This document shows positions 22,792-35,699 of a stretch of DNA of 64,000 nucleotides, piece after piece. Source of the stretch: an uncultured Nitrososphaeraceae archaeon (GTDB lineage Archaea; Thermoproteota; Nitrososphaeria; Nitrososphaerales; Nitrososphaeraceae). The translations under genes were made by a program, and so were the position numbers. A model generated the notes under the pieces. That model ran no database searches, was not told the origin of the DNA, and worked only from the letters and a program-made list of their open reading frames with translations. The DNA is taken from positions 1 to 64,000 of the forward strand of contig CAWGVG010000009.1 in NCBI GenBank assembly GCA_963825865.1, in the 5' to 3' direction. Position 1 is the stretch's first letter. The number at the start of each line of letters is the position of its first letter.

Positions 22792-22957
22792 GGATGTGTC
22801 GAATAACTACGACTACGACTGGAAATAATAGCCGATTGATCTTTGTCTTGTTACACCATCTTGCTCATGAACATATTATAGAGGGACGCTTTTAGAAAGA
22901 TTCTGCTTTGGACCATCATATAGCTTGTTTGGAGACGATTAGTTATTCAACACACCA
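22792..22957. mobile_element. 166-bp IS5 (ISH1-group-like)-derived MITE
   Basis: TIRs ggatgtgtcgaataacta / tagttattcaacacacca; 8-bp TSD CCTTCTCC at 22784-22791 and 22958-22965; minus strand retains KASLYNMF, the transposase C-terminus. Confidence 0.75.
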
Positions 22958-23037
22958 CCTTCTCCTAATAATATGCAGTTTGAATATTGAGCATTTGTTT
23001 TGAGTCAATATTAACCCAAATAGAAAAACGTTCGACC

Positions 23038-23895
23038 TTAATGAAGTAGCTCTAACATTGTCAGGGCTTGTACTGTTTCTTTTACATTGTGGGTTCTGAT
23101 AATGTTCGCACCATTCAATACAGATATTACTTCTGACACCACTGATGGAATTAAGCGTCCTTTGGTTTTCAAGTTAAATAAATTGCCTATAAATGATTTT
23201 CCTGAGATTGATATACAGATTGGTTTTGATAATGTTTTAAGTTCATTTAGCTTTGAAATAACTTCAATATCGCGGATATACCATGGAAGATCTTTTATTT
23301 TTGTGAAGAATGGATTTTTGCCTTCTGCTCTAAAAAAGCCGATAGAGGGATCGATAATTATATTATCATTAGCAATTTTTGCTCTTTTTGCTATTAATAG
23401 ACTTTGTTTTAAAGTTTTTATTGTGCCTGAAATCTTGCCTAAAGCAGATAGTGATTGATTGTTTCCAAATGCGCCAATAATCACCGGCAGTCTTGATTCC
23501 GATACAATATCTGCTAGATTGACATCATACTTTAATCCCGTTATATCATTGATTGCATCTGCACCAAATGTGATAGCTTCCTTAGCTACACTAGATCTTG
23601 GAGTATCTACTGACACTGGAAGGTCGCAACTGCTCTTTACAGCCTTTATCGCCAGTTCCATCCTTTTTGTCTCTTCTTCCACTGAAATAGTAGTTTCAAG
23701 ATAGGGTGCAGTAGACATGGCACCGACGTCGATGATTTCAGCTCCACTATCTTGCATCTTTCTTGATGTTTTAGCGATTTCTTCATTAGTAATCTTGATA
23801 GAATCCTTGTAAAATGATTCTGGACTCGCATTAATTATGCCCATTACTTTCACTGGGACTTGGTCTCCGATCAATACCTTGCCAATAGCTGTCAA
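23038..23895 (-). CDS. folP: Dihydropteroate synthase
   Basis: VMGIINASPESF, IIDVGAMST, SVDT, INDITG, IDPSIGF, SGKSFIG, IIRTHNV. Confidence 0.9.
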   Translation of the reverse strand: MTAIGKVLIGDQVPVKVMGIINASPESFYKDSIKITNEEIAKTSRKMQDSGAEIIDVGAMSTAPYLETTISVEEETKRMELAIKAVKSSCDLPVSVDTPRSSVAKEAITFGADAINDITGLKYDVNLADIVSESRLPVIIGAFGNNQSLSALGKISGTIKTLKQSLLIAKRAKIANDNIIIDPSIGFFRAEGKNPFFTKIKDLPWYIRDIEVISKLNELKTLSKPICISISGKSFIGNLFNLKTKGRLIPSVVSEVISVLNGANIIRTHNVKETVQALTMLELLH

Positions 23896-24210
23896 GTTAT
23901 AAGGTTACTTTATTTTCTATTACATACTCTTATCTATTTTCTCTCTACCACAAGATCACCCAGCATCCTTCACGGCGGAGGCTCATATATATATATATTT
24001 ATATATGATACAATATCCTTCTTTTCTGGTCTAGTTCGACATGTATTAATTAAGTACTACTATTTTTTTCAGGAAATAAATAATATTTTTTATGCGTAAA
24101 ATACATTTGATATAAATGTATTATATTTTTAAGCTAATTTTGTAGCTTAAAATTTAAGAGGGTAACACTTTGATCTTTGATATAGAAGTGTTGAAGTTAC
24201 AGGTCAAATC

Positions 24211-26911
24211 GTGATGGTTAGGACAATTGATAAAGCTCATACCGTGCTCTCGTATATTGAGGGAAGTTTAAAAAATGTAACAATAGTTAATGACAAGATC
24301 ACATGTCATGGATTTATTTTCTCTTTACTAAATCCACCAGTTCCCTTAGGAGGCAATATTGTGTCTCTTGACATTTATACAGATGAAATTCCAGTTTCAA
24401 AAAAGTCAATTTATATTGCAACTTCGGAGGACGTTGTCAATTCGTCCATACTATCTGAAGACCGGCCTATATCGTTTAAGCCATTCCAAAGTGCAAGATT
24501 CCTAATAATAAATGAAGGACCATTAGAAGAAAAAAAGAAACACAAAGTTGTTATCTTGAGTAAACTTGAAGGATTTGAACAGATAATTATTCCTTTTACA
24601 TTTAGCGATTATGTTCAAGATCAAAGAGAAAGAATCTTTATTCCTTCGGACCTATTTGATGACCATCAATCTATTACAACTAATGAAGATACTATATTTA
24701 AAAACTTCACAACTCCGTTGATACTATCCGGGAAAAAAGCATATATAGTATGTTCATCAAACGGTGCACTTTCAGCTAATTGGACTTGGATGGGAGCAAG
24801 ATATGATAACGGAGGGTTATATGTTCCACCTGCGCGAGCTTTTGGTAGAATCATAGTAGAGATATCGATGAATGAGGGAGTAACGTAAAAGACTTCCAAA
24901 TTTCGTCACATCTTCTAGACATGAGAACGGACTTCTTTACACAAGGCACGAGGTATCCGGATTAGAAGTAAAAAGGACATTGTTTGTACCAATTGAAAAC
25001 AAAGGGTTTGTTATTGTCCTAAATCTTGATCTGTTAAACGGACATAATAGTAACAGTAACAATATAGATTTTACAAAATTAAGTTTGAAGAAGAAATCAG
25101 AAAAATCGAAAAGAAAGATTCGTGTACATTTCATCATTGATGGTAATATCACAAGCTATGGTTTAGCTGCAATTTCTCAAAGTAATTTTTGTAAATTGCT
25201 TACGACGGAAAATTGCTTACAAATTCAGACGGCTGCAAAAAAGGGTATTGCACACTATTTTGGAGCAATTGGAATAGCACCAAAGGGTTTGAAACCTAAG
25301 GTTATATCAGATTCTTTTAATAATGATCTGGAGCTATCGTATGACCTTGAAATTGAATCAGGCATGAATAGCGAGATTGCACTGATAGCTGCTGGTAGCT
25401 TTAGCACTACTACAGATTGCTTAGATGAATACCGGTTTATCAGAGACAATTACAGATCTCTTTTAGAGGACACTAAGAATCATTTCAAGACTGTTTCACA
25501 TTCTACTCTGCAGATGGGATCAAATCTGAAGCAAAGTCCCACTACTTTAAAACTGGTCAGAGCCTTCGAAAAAGCAAAAACTAGTATGGAATATTTAAAA
25601 GCAGATTACGACGGACTTGGAGCAGGAATTTGCGCAGGCCTTCCAAGGTTTCCTAATTACTGGGCTAGAGATACAGGTTGGTCGCTAAGGGGATATCTCT
25701 CTATGGGTGATTATAATTTTGCCTTTGCAACCATTGAGAACTTTCTGCGCCGCCAGGCTAAAAAAACATCTACGATCGCAGCGAAAGGAGAGCTACCGAT
25801 GATAATTAGTGGCAGGGCTTTTCTTCACAATACTACTTATGGGTCAGCTGATTCCACTTTTCTTTTCCCTTGGGCAATACGCGAATATGTATTTGCGACC
25901 GGGAATGTAAATTATTTGAAAAAGAGATGGAACTCTATCACTGACCTCATTAATTGGGGATTTTTGAAGGATACAGATGGAGACGGACTAGTTGAACATG
26001 GATTTACAGGAATTGCAGAAAAACTGCCTATTCAGGATTCTACATGGATGGATCATATCGATAGGAGGAAGAGTGCAAACGATATTCAAGCATTATTTTA
26101 TGAGAATTTGAAAATTGGAAGCGAGCTAGCAAGAATTGTTGGTGATAATTATAATCAAGAAAGATGGCTCAGATATGCCGAACAACTACAAAGTAAAATT
26201 GATTCCCAATATTGGGATGCTAAGACCAAGTTCTACTATGATACTATTCGAAGAGATGGTTCAAAGGATCCCAGTATAAGGCCTAATGCCCTTGTTCTTT
26301 TGCTGGCAGATACAGTAAGAGATAGTAGTAAAGCGGAGTCTGTTCTTACAAGAATCGAAAAAAATGATATTACTACGACTTGGGGAGTTAGAACATTAAG
26401 TTCTACGGATCCGAAGTATCATCCAAGCCTTTATCACGATGGTGCTGTATGGCCTCTTGTAACCGGTTGGTGTGCGGTTAGTGAAATTAAATTTGGCAGG
26501 AAAGAACAAGCTCTTTATTACATTGAGTCTATGGCAGAACGAATTCTGTCTGAAAATGGTATGTTTGCTGAAACGTACAGAGGTGATCGACCCGAACCTT
26601 TTAACTCATGTATACTTCAAGCATGGTCTGTTGGAATGTATATTTATGCAATACGCGAGATGATGCTTGGTATGAAGTTGAATATGATTGAGAATAAGAT
26701 CCAGTTTGAACCTCAAATTCCCGAGTCTTTGAGAAACAACGCTGTGCCTATTAATTTTGAACATAATATAGATACTCTAGAAGGCACGAGAAGATTCCAA
26801 ATTGTTGTTGATCCCAATCGTGAAAAAATATCTATTATATTTAAGAATAGTGGCGTTAAGATAGAGCCAGAAATTTTTAGTAATTCCTACTCGGTTGAAA
26901 TTGAAAATTGA
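24211..26911 (+). CDS. Amylo-alpha-1,6-glucosidase (glycogen debranching family), frameshifted near 24886
   Basis: AGLPRFPNYWARD, GSADST, TWMD, WGVRTLS, YHDGAVWP, QAWS. Confidence 0.85.
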
Positions 26912-27213
26912 ACTGCTAGAAGATAAGAAAGTCTCCATCATATAGATACTTGAGTTTGGATATGCTTACAACAACAACAACAAAAGAGCATAACACACAT
27001 AGACACAATACGGCAGACAATAGGGCAATTTTCTATAATTTCGTATGGTTTAAATTAAATTTAAGATCTTCCTAGAATCAAAAAATTGATGATACAGGTT
27101 GATCTGGCGAGAAAGAGAGTCTGTATTTATTGGCTGAACTATAAAGCGTTATATTTGAATTTTTGCAAAGAAGGCAATGACTTTCTCTCTCTTTTCATGG
27201 TGAAGTAAACAAT

Positions 27214-28219
27214 ATGATATTAATAGATGAAAAAAGAATATTTAAAATAATAAATGAACAAAATCCGCGCTCAGTAGCGCTTAACGGACCAGAAGGTCTC
27301 ATACCGAAAATCCAGGATAGCGCAAATAATATTACAGAAAAGTTTGGTATTCCTGCATACATTATTGGCGATGCGTGCTGGGGGTCATGCGACTTGAATA
27401 CACATGCGGCAGACATGTTGGGTGCTGAAATTTTGTTCAATATCGGTCATACTATTACGATGGAAACATTTGGTAAGAAAATAGTAATGATTGATGCTTA
27501 TGATGATGTCAGTTTTGACATAGTGGCAAGAAAATGTGCAGTAGGTCTTAAAGATCAAAAGTACAAATCAATATCATTGGTAACCGATAGCCAGCATCTC
27601 AACCAAATTGCTCATGTAAAAAAGATTTTTGAAGAATATGGCTACCATGTAATCATAGGTAGAGGAAAGGGACAGCTAAGTGATGGGCAAGTTTTTGGTT
27701 GTGAATTCTATCCTGCCTATGGTATTCAAAAACTAGTCGATGCATACATTTTTCTTGGTCAAAGTATGTTTCATTCAGCAAGTATTGCAATGTCAACTGA
27801 AAAACCAACATATATGCTGGATCCATACTTTGAGGAATACTCTAGAATTAATGAATTTGCACAAGGTCTTCAAAAAAAGGCTATTTTATCAATCTATAAA
27901 GCCTTGGATGTAGAAAGAATTGGTATTATAATTGGCTTGAAGGAAGGACAGTTTGCCCAAGTACCGAGCACTCGAATTGAAAAAGTCATTTGAGCAATTA
28001 GGAAAGAAGATACAGTTAATTGCATTGACAGATATTACTGATGACCGGCTGCAGAACTTTAAAGGAATTGATGCTTTTGTACAAGTTGCCTGTCCCAGAA
28101 TAGCTACAGATAATCCTTTTAAAAAGCCCATGCTTTCAGTTCCTCAAGCATTGGCTCTGATCAAACTGCTTAAAAAAGAGCCAATAGACGATTTTCTAAA
28201 AATTCAGCATTGGCTTTAA
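27214..28219 (+). CDS. dph2: Diphthamide biosynthesis protein Dph2 (frameshifted)
   Basis: GPEGL, CWGSCD, GQVFGC, GLKEGQ, VACPRI. Confidence 0.92.
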
Positions 28220-28763
28220 GTGGAATAGGAGCTGATGAACCATTACAAAGGATTTATCGTTTGAGATAATCTGACTTTCATAAAATTTTTTATCTTTATC
28301 ATGATTAATTAATATATCTGGACGATAGGCAAATAATATCATATTTACTTATTATTATTTTCCTCTCATAGTGCATTCTTTAAGTAGACTACAATATTTG
28401 TCTATGCAAATAATGCATTTTATAGACGATTTTAATCCTATTTAATTGCAGTTCTTATTGAACTTTTGCAAAGTCTACGTAAGCAGAACAAAAATATAGT
28501 ACAAATGCTTACATTAAAAGAGATCCAGTCTACATTAATATTAATATATATAATAATATTTGTACTTATATATGGAAGTCTCGAACGACAATAACTTATT
28601 GAATTGACACGTAATGTTTTTGATTATTTTATTTCACATAAGTCAAACTTAAAAAATAGTAGAAAAAATGAATTTTTAGGCATGTTCTCCATTGTTTTAT
28701 GGTACTCTGCCTTTTGAAATATGATGTATGTTTGCTCGCTGTGATATTCTAGTTATATTATGG

Positions 28764-29589
28764 TCAGCCTGTGCTATCTCCGCCTGTGGTTCCTCCTGCT
28801 CCTCCGCCGCCTGTGGTTCCTCCTGCTGCTCCTCCGCCGCCTGTGGTTCCTCCTGCTGCTCCTCCGCCGCCTGTGGTTCCTCCTGCTGCTCCTGCTCCGC
28901 CTAACGTGGTTCCTCCTGCTGCTGCTCCGCCTAAGCTAGCTGCAGAAGTAGCACTAGTTATATTGTTCATTGTTTGAGCCTGGCTTGTTTGCGCAGTAAC
29001 AGAATATGTTGCTATGAATGGTGAGCTACCTGAGCCGTGAAGAGCAAGTGCATTACCTGAGAATGGGATAGAAGCTGAAACTACGGCTTTGTCAGGTACC
29101 AGTGCTGTAGAAATGATTCCTTTACCGGAAGGAGATACTGATACTGGTATTGCTCCAAATGCTTTTGGTATAATGGTTGTAGCCGGATTTATACCCGTCA
29201 ATTGGTGCCATAGTTCTGCTTGTACGCCTTTGCTCGCTGTGAATGTGATTACACCAGTATAGACTGCACCATCTTTCCTAAGTGGCAAAACTACTGCAAC
29301 CTGCTCCTTTTGATGTCCTGCTAATGGACTTATGGTAGAAGCAACCGTTCCCTGTAATACAACATTCTTACCTACGGGTGATGCTGATGGGTTGGCCGCT
29401 GCCAGTGGACGCTGCCCCACTAGGGGTAGGTTTAGGGGCCGGACTGGGTGAAGCCTGTGCGAATGCTTGTTGTGATAATTGACTGCCAGTGATTAACGAG
29501 GATGTTACAAGTATTGCAGAAATTGCAATCCCTGCTAATATCGCGCTATTAGTCTGCTTTTTATTCATCATTGCAAACAGCTTGGGCAT
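28764..29589 (-). CDS. Secreted protein with Gly/Thr-rich repetitive tail (frameshifted)
   Basis: Signal peptide ending QQAFAQ; thaumarchaeal-type domain (LPLRKDGAVYTGVITFTASK...FSGNALALH); GGTTGGGGAA repeats. Confidence 0.7.
28778..28932. repeat. ~30-bp GC-rich coding tandem repeat
   Basis: cctccgccgcctgtggttcctcctgctgct, about 5 copies with variants. Confidence 0.9.
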
Positions 29590-29884
29590 TAAATTTATTT
29601 GTTTCCTTCCTCTATTACGATATTACATTCAGTTTCCATTTTCTATAAGAAGGTTACATAGATAAGAAGAGTTATCTTCTATGTAATCAATACACAATAA
29701 ATGAATTAAAGCATCTCATCATTTGATCTCTTTATTAAACAATAAAGTATCCTGATACTTGATTCTATAGTTTTAACTCTAGTTTATTATAAATCTAATA
29801 AGGAAAATGTATTTGTATGTATATCAAGCATTCATATGTCTTTTATAAACATAGACTCTTTCTCTCATAGGAATTTAGGTAATT

Positions 29885-31063
29885 GAGACATGGGCATAAT
29901 TCATTTCTATATTTTTCATCTATCATTTAGTGCTCGCATTAACTACATAACATGTGTTTGATTGATTTTGGTCGTTGACTAGGTCTGGTTTTATAATTGT
30001 AGTAGACAAGGATTTGATACAGTAGTACTGACAGAAGTACTATTCCAGGCAGCCTTCTGATAGCCTCTTACCGGTAATGGGTCTATTCTAAAAATAGATT
30101 TAATATGTTCTATTAGTGGTTCTATCGATTTACTTCTCCAAGAGTAAATAGCCTGTCCTAACTCAGATTCATAGAATTGTATCAGCTCTAGTCTATTCTT
30201 TGGGGTATTTTTGTACCTTTGTACTGGACATACCAGTTCAAATCCTCTTTTAGTACTCAAATCATATAGTTTATTGTCGTCATACCCAGAATCACCTATC
30301 ATGAAACATGTTTCTAGGAACAGAGATGATGATGATGATGATATCATAGGATTGTACATTTGATTATCCTGTACATTAGCAGTTGTAAAATCTGCTGCAA
30401 AGGTACTATGGTAGAACCAGTACTTGATATCAAATGTAGTTTGTAACCAAATATCCAACCTCTGGTATGACTGAATCCCCACCTGGCATCTGTATCTATA
30501 CCTGAACGTGGTACTATTCCTTTATCCATAGATGATTTGTGCCAAACATGTCCTCTGGCTTTGAGCAATGTACTATCTATTGCAACAATATAAGGGTCTA
30601 TTATCTTCCCATTTACTAATAGACTAGTCATAGTAGCAATCCTTTCCTTGATGTCTATGGATATGGTCTTAAGACGTCTGTCAAATGTTCGTCTATCTGG
30701 TATTTGGGTAAGACCACATCTTTTCATTATCTTCTTATTGTAAGGGTAATCCATTCCTAGGAATTCATGTAATGCGTTGTTAGAATCCATTCTAAACCAC
30801 AATCTGACTATGAAACATCGTAGTATGACAGTAGAAGAATAGACGTATGGTCTACCTCTTTTTTTCATCTTTTGTGATTCTGGCCATGGTATCAAGCCTA
30901 TCAAATACAGAATACCAATAAGGATGGATTCTGAACTATCATGTGCTGTCCTTTGAGGATGTTTTATTATATGTCATCACAAATTCAGACATCCAAAGGA
31001 TAGCTTTAGCCTAATTCATCAATATATATTTGCAAAAAATAGAGCTGGATTTATGTCCAATCG
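29885..31063 (-). mobile_element. DDE_Tnp_1-type IS (transposase ~29990-30960, frameshifted)
   Basis: RGRPYVY...IPDRRTFDRRL...VAIDSTLL...DARWG...GYKLH...GDSGYD...IEPL; ends only approximately placed from weak inverted similarity. Confidence 0.8.
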
Positions 31064-31661
31064 TCAGGTAATTTGAAGAACCCAACCCTCAGGTAAGAAT
31101 TTAGTTTTATTCTTCTTATCTCCAATTGCAGTTGCATATCTCCATACTTCAGTTTTTTTATCAACATACATTTCTGCTTTAATTTTAGTCAAGGCTTCAA
31201 TTTCACGCTCGCAAACCATCCTTGTCGGCATTCATCGAAAATTTTCTACAAAACAGACATTTTCTATCTAATAATACAGATTTGCTATTTTCATTATCAA
31301 TAACAGGATAGGCGCGACACGCAAATGGGCGTTGTTTGTAAATTCTACATTTAAAGCCCCCATGCGGTGATCTTTGTGAACTTTCTATCCCTAGAAATGG
31401 ACAGAGATTACCATCTGAGTTCTTGCCTAGCATTTGATAAGCTATTATTTTTTTTGGACCATTACCTTTCCCATTCTTTCCAAGCCCTAATCTTGGAATA
31501 ATTTTTACGTCTATACCCATTTTCCATGCCAACTCTTCGATTCTTGATTTTTCTTCTGGGAGTATCAAAACCCCTATTTTTCCATATCCGATAGAAGGAT
31601 AATAATCTCGATATATGCAACAATCTGAGCAGTCATTAACACAGCTAAACTTTTGGAGCAT
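31064..31661 (-). CDS. YkgJ-family cysteine cluster protein (frameshift near 31205)
   Basis: FSCVNDCSDCC...CPFL...CRIYKQRPFACRAYP; continues to EGWVLQIT*. Confidence 0.8.
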
Positions 31662-31668
31662 TAGGTTG

Positions 31669-32169
31669 TTACCCCTGATTTTGATGAATACATTTCCATG
31701 CTATGCTGTCAGTTTTAAGATCAGAATATTGCAGGAATTTGATATCATAAACCGATTTCGATTTTTTTAAAAGCTCAAGGTCAAACTTTTTATCTTCTTC
31801 TACCTTTCTATTTCTATTTTCTTTATAAATGCCAAATCGTAAAATGACTTTCTTTTCGTAACCTTCTTTGAACCGGTAATAGTTTTCTGACATTGGAATA
31901 TTTTTTACAAGTCCACTATTATTATCTTTATATTCTGAACCACCATAAAGAATAAACCAGTAACTACTATCTCTTTCAATGAATCTAAGTTTAATTTGAT
32001 CATCGGGCCACCACTCTATAGTTTTTTTCCATAGTCTGAACGCATATATTTTATCCTCGAACACAGGAAAAACATTCATGTAAACATCGTGATAACGATA
32101 ACCCACACCAACAAAACCGCTGAACCATGTTATGGGTTTCTTTGACATCAATATCAATAGATCTATCAA
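31669..32169 (-). CDS. Conserved hypothetical protein
   Basis: Intact ORF in operon-like arrangement with the YkgJ gene. Confidence 0.6.
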   Translation of the reverse strand: MIDLLILMSKKPITWFSGFVGVGYRYHDVYMNVFPVFEDKIYAFRLWKKTIEWWPDDQIKLRFIERDSSYWFILYGGSEYKDNNSGLVKNIPMSENYYRFKEGYEKKVILRFGIYKENRNRKVEEDKKFDLELLKKSKSVYDIKFLQYSDLKTDSIAWKCIHQNQG

Positions 32170-32573
32170 AATATATATCTAGGGAGATATGTCTGTTTCT
32201 CGATTAGAAGAATCTTATTTTATTAATCAATATATTTGAAGTGTGTTTATTATAATTAGCCAATTCATGAATAGATATAAGACTTGGCTAAGAAGAATTT
32301 GCATACGGTATTAACTTAGCAAACATTAAAAGATCTAATTAACTTTTTGATTGGGAACATTCTTTACTTTCCTACCGAAGAGGAAACTAACAAACTAAAT
32401 AACTTGTAATTTTTTGGAACTAATATCTGGATATCAGATTGACTATTGTTGAAAGAAAAGATAACAGAAATAATTCAATGTTGATTTAAACAACAGATAT
32501 TGTAAAACAAATACACACCAACAAAACCTAAATTATTATTATCTTTTGATATTTTTGCCCATCTATCTCTGCT

Positions 32574-32801
32574 TTAAATCGATGTGACTCCAAATTTACG
32601 ATACAGTACCTGTCTTTCTTTTTTCACCAGCAAAACTCTGTTTGAGGGTATAAGCTCAAAATTTTCTGACATATTTATAAATTCTAGAAGTGAAACTTCA
32701 ACAACCGAACTAAAGTCACGATAACTTACGGAATAAAGATCAGGGTTATCAGCATACAGAGCTTTGCTAAAAATTTCTTGGAGTCGTCCTTTCCTTGTCA
32801 T
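32574..32801 (-). CDS. DUF504 / MJ1316-like small protein
   Basis: YSVSYRDF...IPSNRV...VLYRK; overlaps the leuD stop. Confidence 0.6.
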   Translation of the reverse strand: MTRKGRLQEIFSKALYADNPDLYSVSYRDFSSVVEVSLLEFINMSENFELIPSNRVLLVKKERQVLYRKFGVTSI

Positions 32802-33292
32802 ATATTATCATAGTTCATTAATCCGCCTACTTCAACTATCTTTGCAATTAGCTCCGGAAATGCTTTCATGGAATAAGATTCCTTACTTGTTAAATTAGTA
32901 ATTTTATTCTGTTTGATATCAATTTCAAGTTCGGCTTTATCTGAAATTTTTTTCATAGTCGATTCCTCAATTTCTATTGGAAGCAAGTAGCCTCCATCTA
33001 CAGCATTTCTATAAAAGATTCTCGCAAACGAGGGAGCCAAAATCGCCTTGATGCCAGCATATGAAAGAGCAATAGGTGCATGCTCCCTACTTGAACCACA
33101 TCCAAAGTTATTTCCAGTTACCAAAAAATCACCTTGCGAGACTTTCTCTGGAAATTTAGGATCGATTCCTTCCATAGCATGTTTAGATAATTCTTTGTGA
33201 TCATGAATCTTAAGGTAAGGACCAGGAATGATAACATCAGTATCAATATTTGCCCTTTCGTATTTGTGAACTGTACCTCTCATGACATTCAA
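32798..33292 (-). CDS. leuD: 3-isopropylmalate dehydratase small subunit (LeuD/HacB family)
   Basis: NIDTDVIIP, NFGCGSSREHA, SFARIFYRN. Confidence 0.9.
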   Translation of the reverse strand: MNVMRGTVHKYERANIDTDVIIPGPYLKIHDHKELSKHAMEGIDPKFPEKVSQGDFLVTGNNFGCGSSREHAPIALSYAGIKAILAPSFARIFYRNAVDGGYLLPIEIEESTMKKISDKAELEIDIKQNKITNLTSKESYSMKAFPELIAKIVEVGGLMNYDNI

Positions 33293-34573
33293 TCCATTAG
33301 ATCCCTTGGGTCTGTAATCTTGCCTGTAATGGCAGATGCTGCGACTACAACTGGCGATGCCAAATAAGTTTGTGATTCTACATGTCCCATTCTGCCAGGG
33401 AAGTTTCTATTTGTTGTACTGACACATATCTCATTTTTTCCTAAGACCCCCATATGAGCTCCACAACAGGCTCCACATGTTGGCGGTCCGACTACTGCAC
33501 CTGCTTCTATGAATATACTCACCAGACCTTCTTTTATGGCCTTTATGTAAATTGATTGAGCTGCTGGTAAAACTTCTGTCCTTACCTTTACTTTCTTGCC
33601 TTTGAGTAGTTTGGCGGATAATCGTAAGTCTTCAAGTTTTGCACCTGTGCATGAGCCAATGTACGCCTTGTCTATTTCTACTCCTTGCAATTCTCTGGCT
33701 GCACTAATATTATCAGGAGAAAACGGCTTAGCCACAGTAGGTTCTAATTTATCAATTTCATAAGTGTACAATTCAGAAAAGTCTGCGTTAACATCTCCTA
33801 GCACCGGAGAATATTGAGCGTCAGTTCTGTCATGCAAGTATTCATTAGTTGTGACATCTGGCTCAATAATTCCATTTTTTGCTCCAGCTTCTGTAGTCAT
33901 GTTAGTAAGTGTGAGACGTTCATCAATTCCAAGTTCTTTTATTATATCTCCAGAGAACTGCATAGCCTTATAATTTGCACCATCAGTTCCTACGTCACCA
34001 ATAATTTTCAATATAATATCTTTTGCCATTACATAGTCTGGTTTTTTGCCTGTTAGTTTGAACATCATCGTCTCAGGGTACTTTGAACCAGATCTGCCCA
34101 TTCATCAGAACATATGCAATATCTGTATGACCAAGTCCGGTAGCAAATGCTCCCATTGCTCCAGTAGTATTAGTATGGGAATCTCCTCCAACATATACCT
34201 CACCTGGAAGTACCAATGCCTCCTCGTGTGATAAAGTATGGCAAATGCCGTACTGTCCCAATCCATATTTAAAATGTTTCTTTATACCAAATTTTTTTGT
34301 CCAATTAGAGAGTGCAATTACGTTCTCTGCAGAAACTCTATCTACAGCAGGAACAAAATGATCTTCTGTTATCCACACCCTGTCTGGATCCCAAATACGT
34401 TCAAGTTTTTTTCCTTTCTTTTTTTCCAACTCGCTAAATACTTTAATGACTCCTGGTCCAGAAACGTCATGCATCATTACTTTATCTATTTTTGCAAATA
34501 CTACATCTCCAGGTGAAACTTTGGATTTGCCTGAGGCTTGTGCAAGTATTTTTTCGGTAATTGTCATTCCCAA
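33289..34573 (-). CDS. leuC: 3-isopropylmalate dehydratase large subunit (LeuC/HacA family), frameshifted
   Basis: MTITEKIL, GICH, DSHTNT, IGSCTG, CGACCG, NRNFPGRMG. Confidence 0.9.
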
Positions 34574-34749
34574 GCCAGATTCACTATATACAAGCCCAGG
34601 TTTAATGACGGATTAAAACTTTTTGCATGGGATAGCATGTAGCTCAATTCATTTATGAAATACTCCACAATATTGGTTTTAACTTCCTAAATTGCTTCTG
34701 GGTTACAAGCTGATGGATTTTATTGTATAACATTACTTTCAATCCAGCT

Positions 34750-35606
34750 TCTGCTTTCTGAGCACTGAAATTCTTTGAAAGAAAGAAGGTTCAGCCAGTA
34801 CTCTTTTGATTGAAGAAAATGCTATTTCAGATATCCACCTTCTGCCAGCATCTTTTAGCTGCTTCCATCCTTCAAACCAAGCTTTTTGATATGGAAAACC
34901 TCATCCTTTCGTAATAGACATCCTTTAATCTTTTAGATGCATTCTTCATAATTCTTATTTCTGGCCCTGCGTTTATGTCATGTCATCCGGTATATTGAAG
35001 TTCTTTCTGTTGTCAATTGCTTTGTCTGCAGGTACTCTGTCTATATCGTATTTTCAGCAGTTTATTTTACCAGAGGACCAAACTTTTTTGTGTCATGAAT
35101 ATGCCCTTTAGTTATTCTAAAAGAAACGACTTTTTTTAATTTTTCATCAACAGCAATATGCAGTTTGATGAAATCCTTTTTCTCTCGTATCCATTTGTCT
35201 TCTTCTATGTAACTGCCTTTCTTTGATACTGTTAGTGCTGATGCATCAACTATCAGTGTTAGTGGTTCCTCATTTTCGAAAACCATCTTTTCTTCAATAG
35301 ATGGCTTGACCTTTAACATCCTTTTCCTCATATGCGTAAAACGCGTATCCTCAATCTTAACATAATCTGATAATCCACGTACTATACGTTGAACTGTACA
35401 GGTACGGAATCTTGAAGCCAATCTTCAAGAATGCAAGGAACTGGATGTAAATATCACCATACTGAAATGGTGCTCTACCTTGTTTTCATTCATCTTTTTG
35501 ATTTCAAAATTGGTAGATTTAGGAAACTAACATCAATCAGAACACGACCACATTCAATCAACGATTCATTGTACTAATGCCATGATGATGACTTGTTTCC
35601 TGCCAT
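34750..35606 (-). pseudogene. Decayed IS5-family transposase
   Basis: YNESLI, IVDASALTVSKKGSYIE...FIKLHIAVD...HDTKKF, RRWISEIAFSSIKR; many stops. Confidence 0.75.
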
Positions 35607-35699
35607 GTTATTAGAATAATAGTGGTTTAGCTTTAAGAATTGCGCTACAATCTAGCAATGGGAGAAAACCACAAAAGCATGAAGATCATATCTAATTGA

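Noticed and set aside
23955-23990. Short GC-rich stretch (also at 44810-44832) resembling an IS200/IS605 end or small RNA
   Set aside because: Too short; no tnpA/tnpB remnant or convincing hairpin.
28778-28932. 30-bp repeats as a CRISPR array
   Set aside because: Head-to-tail with no spacers, in-frame coding, and no cas genes.
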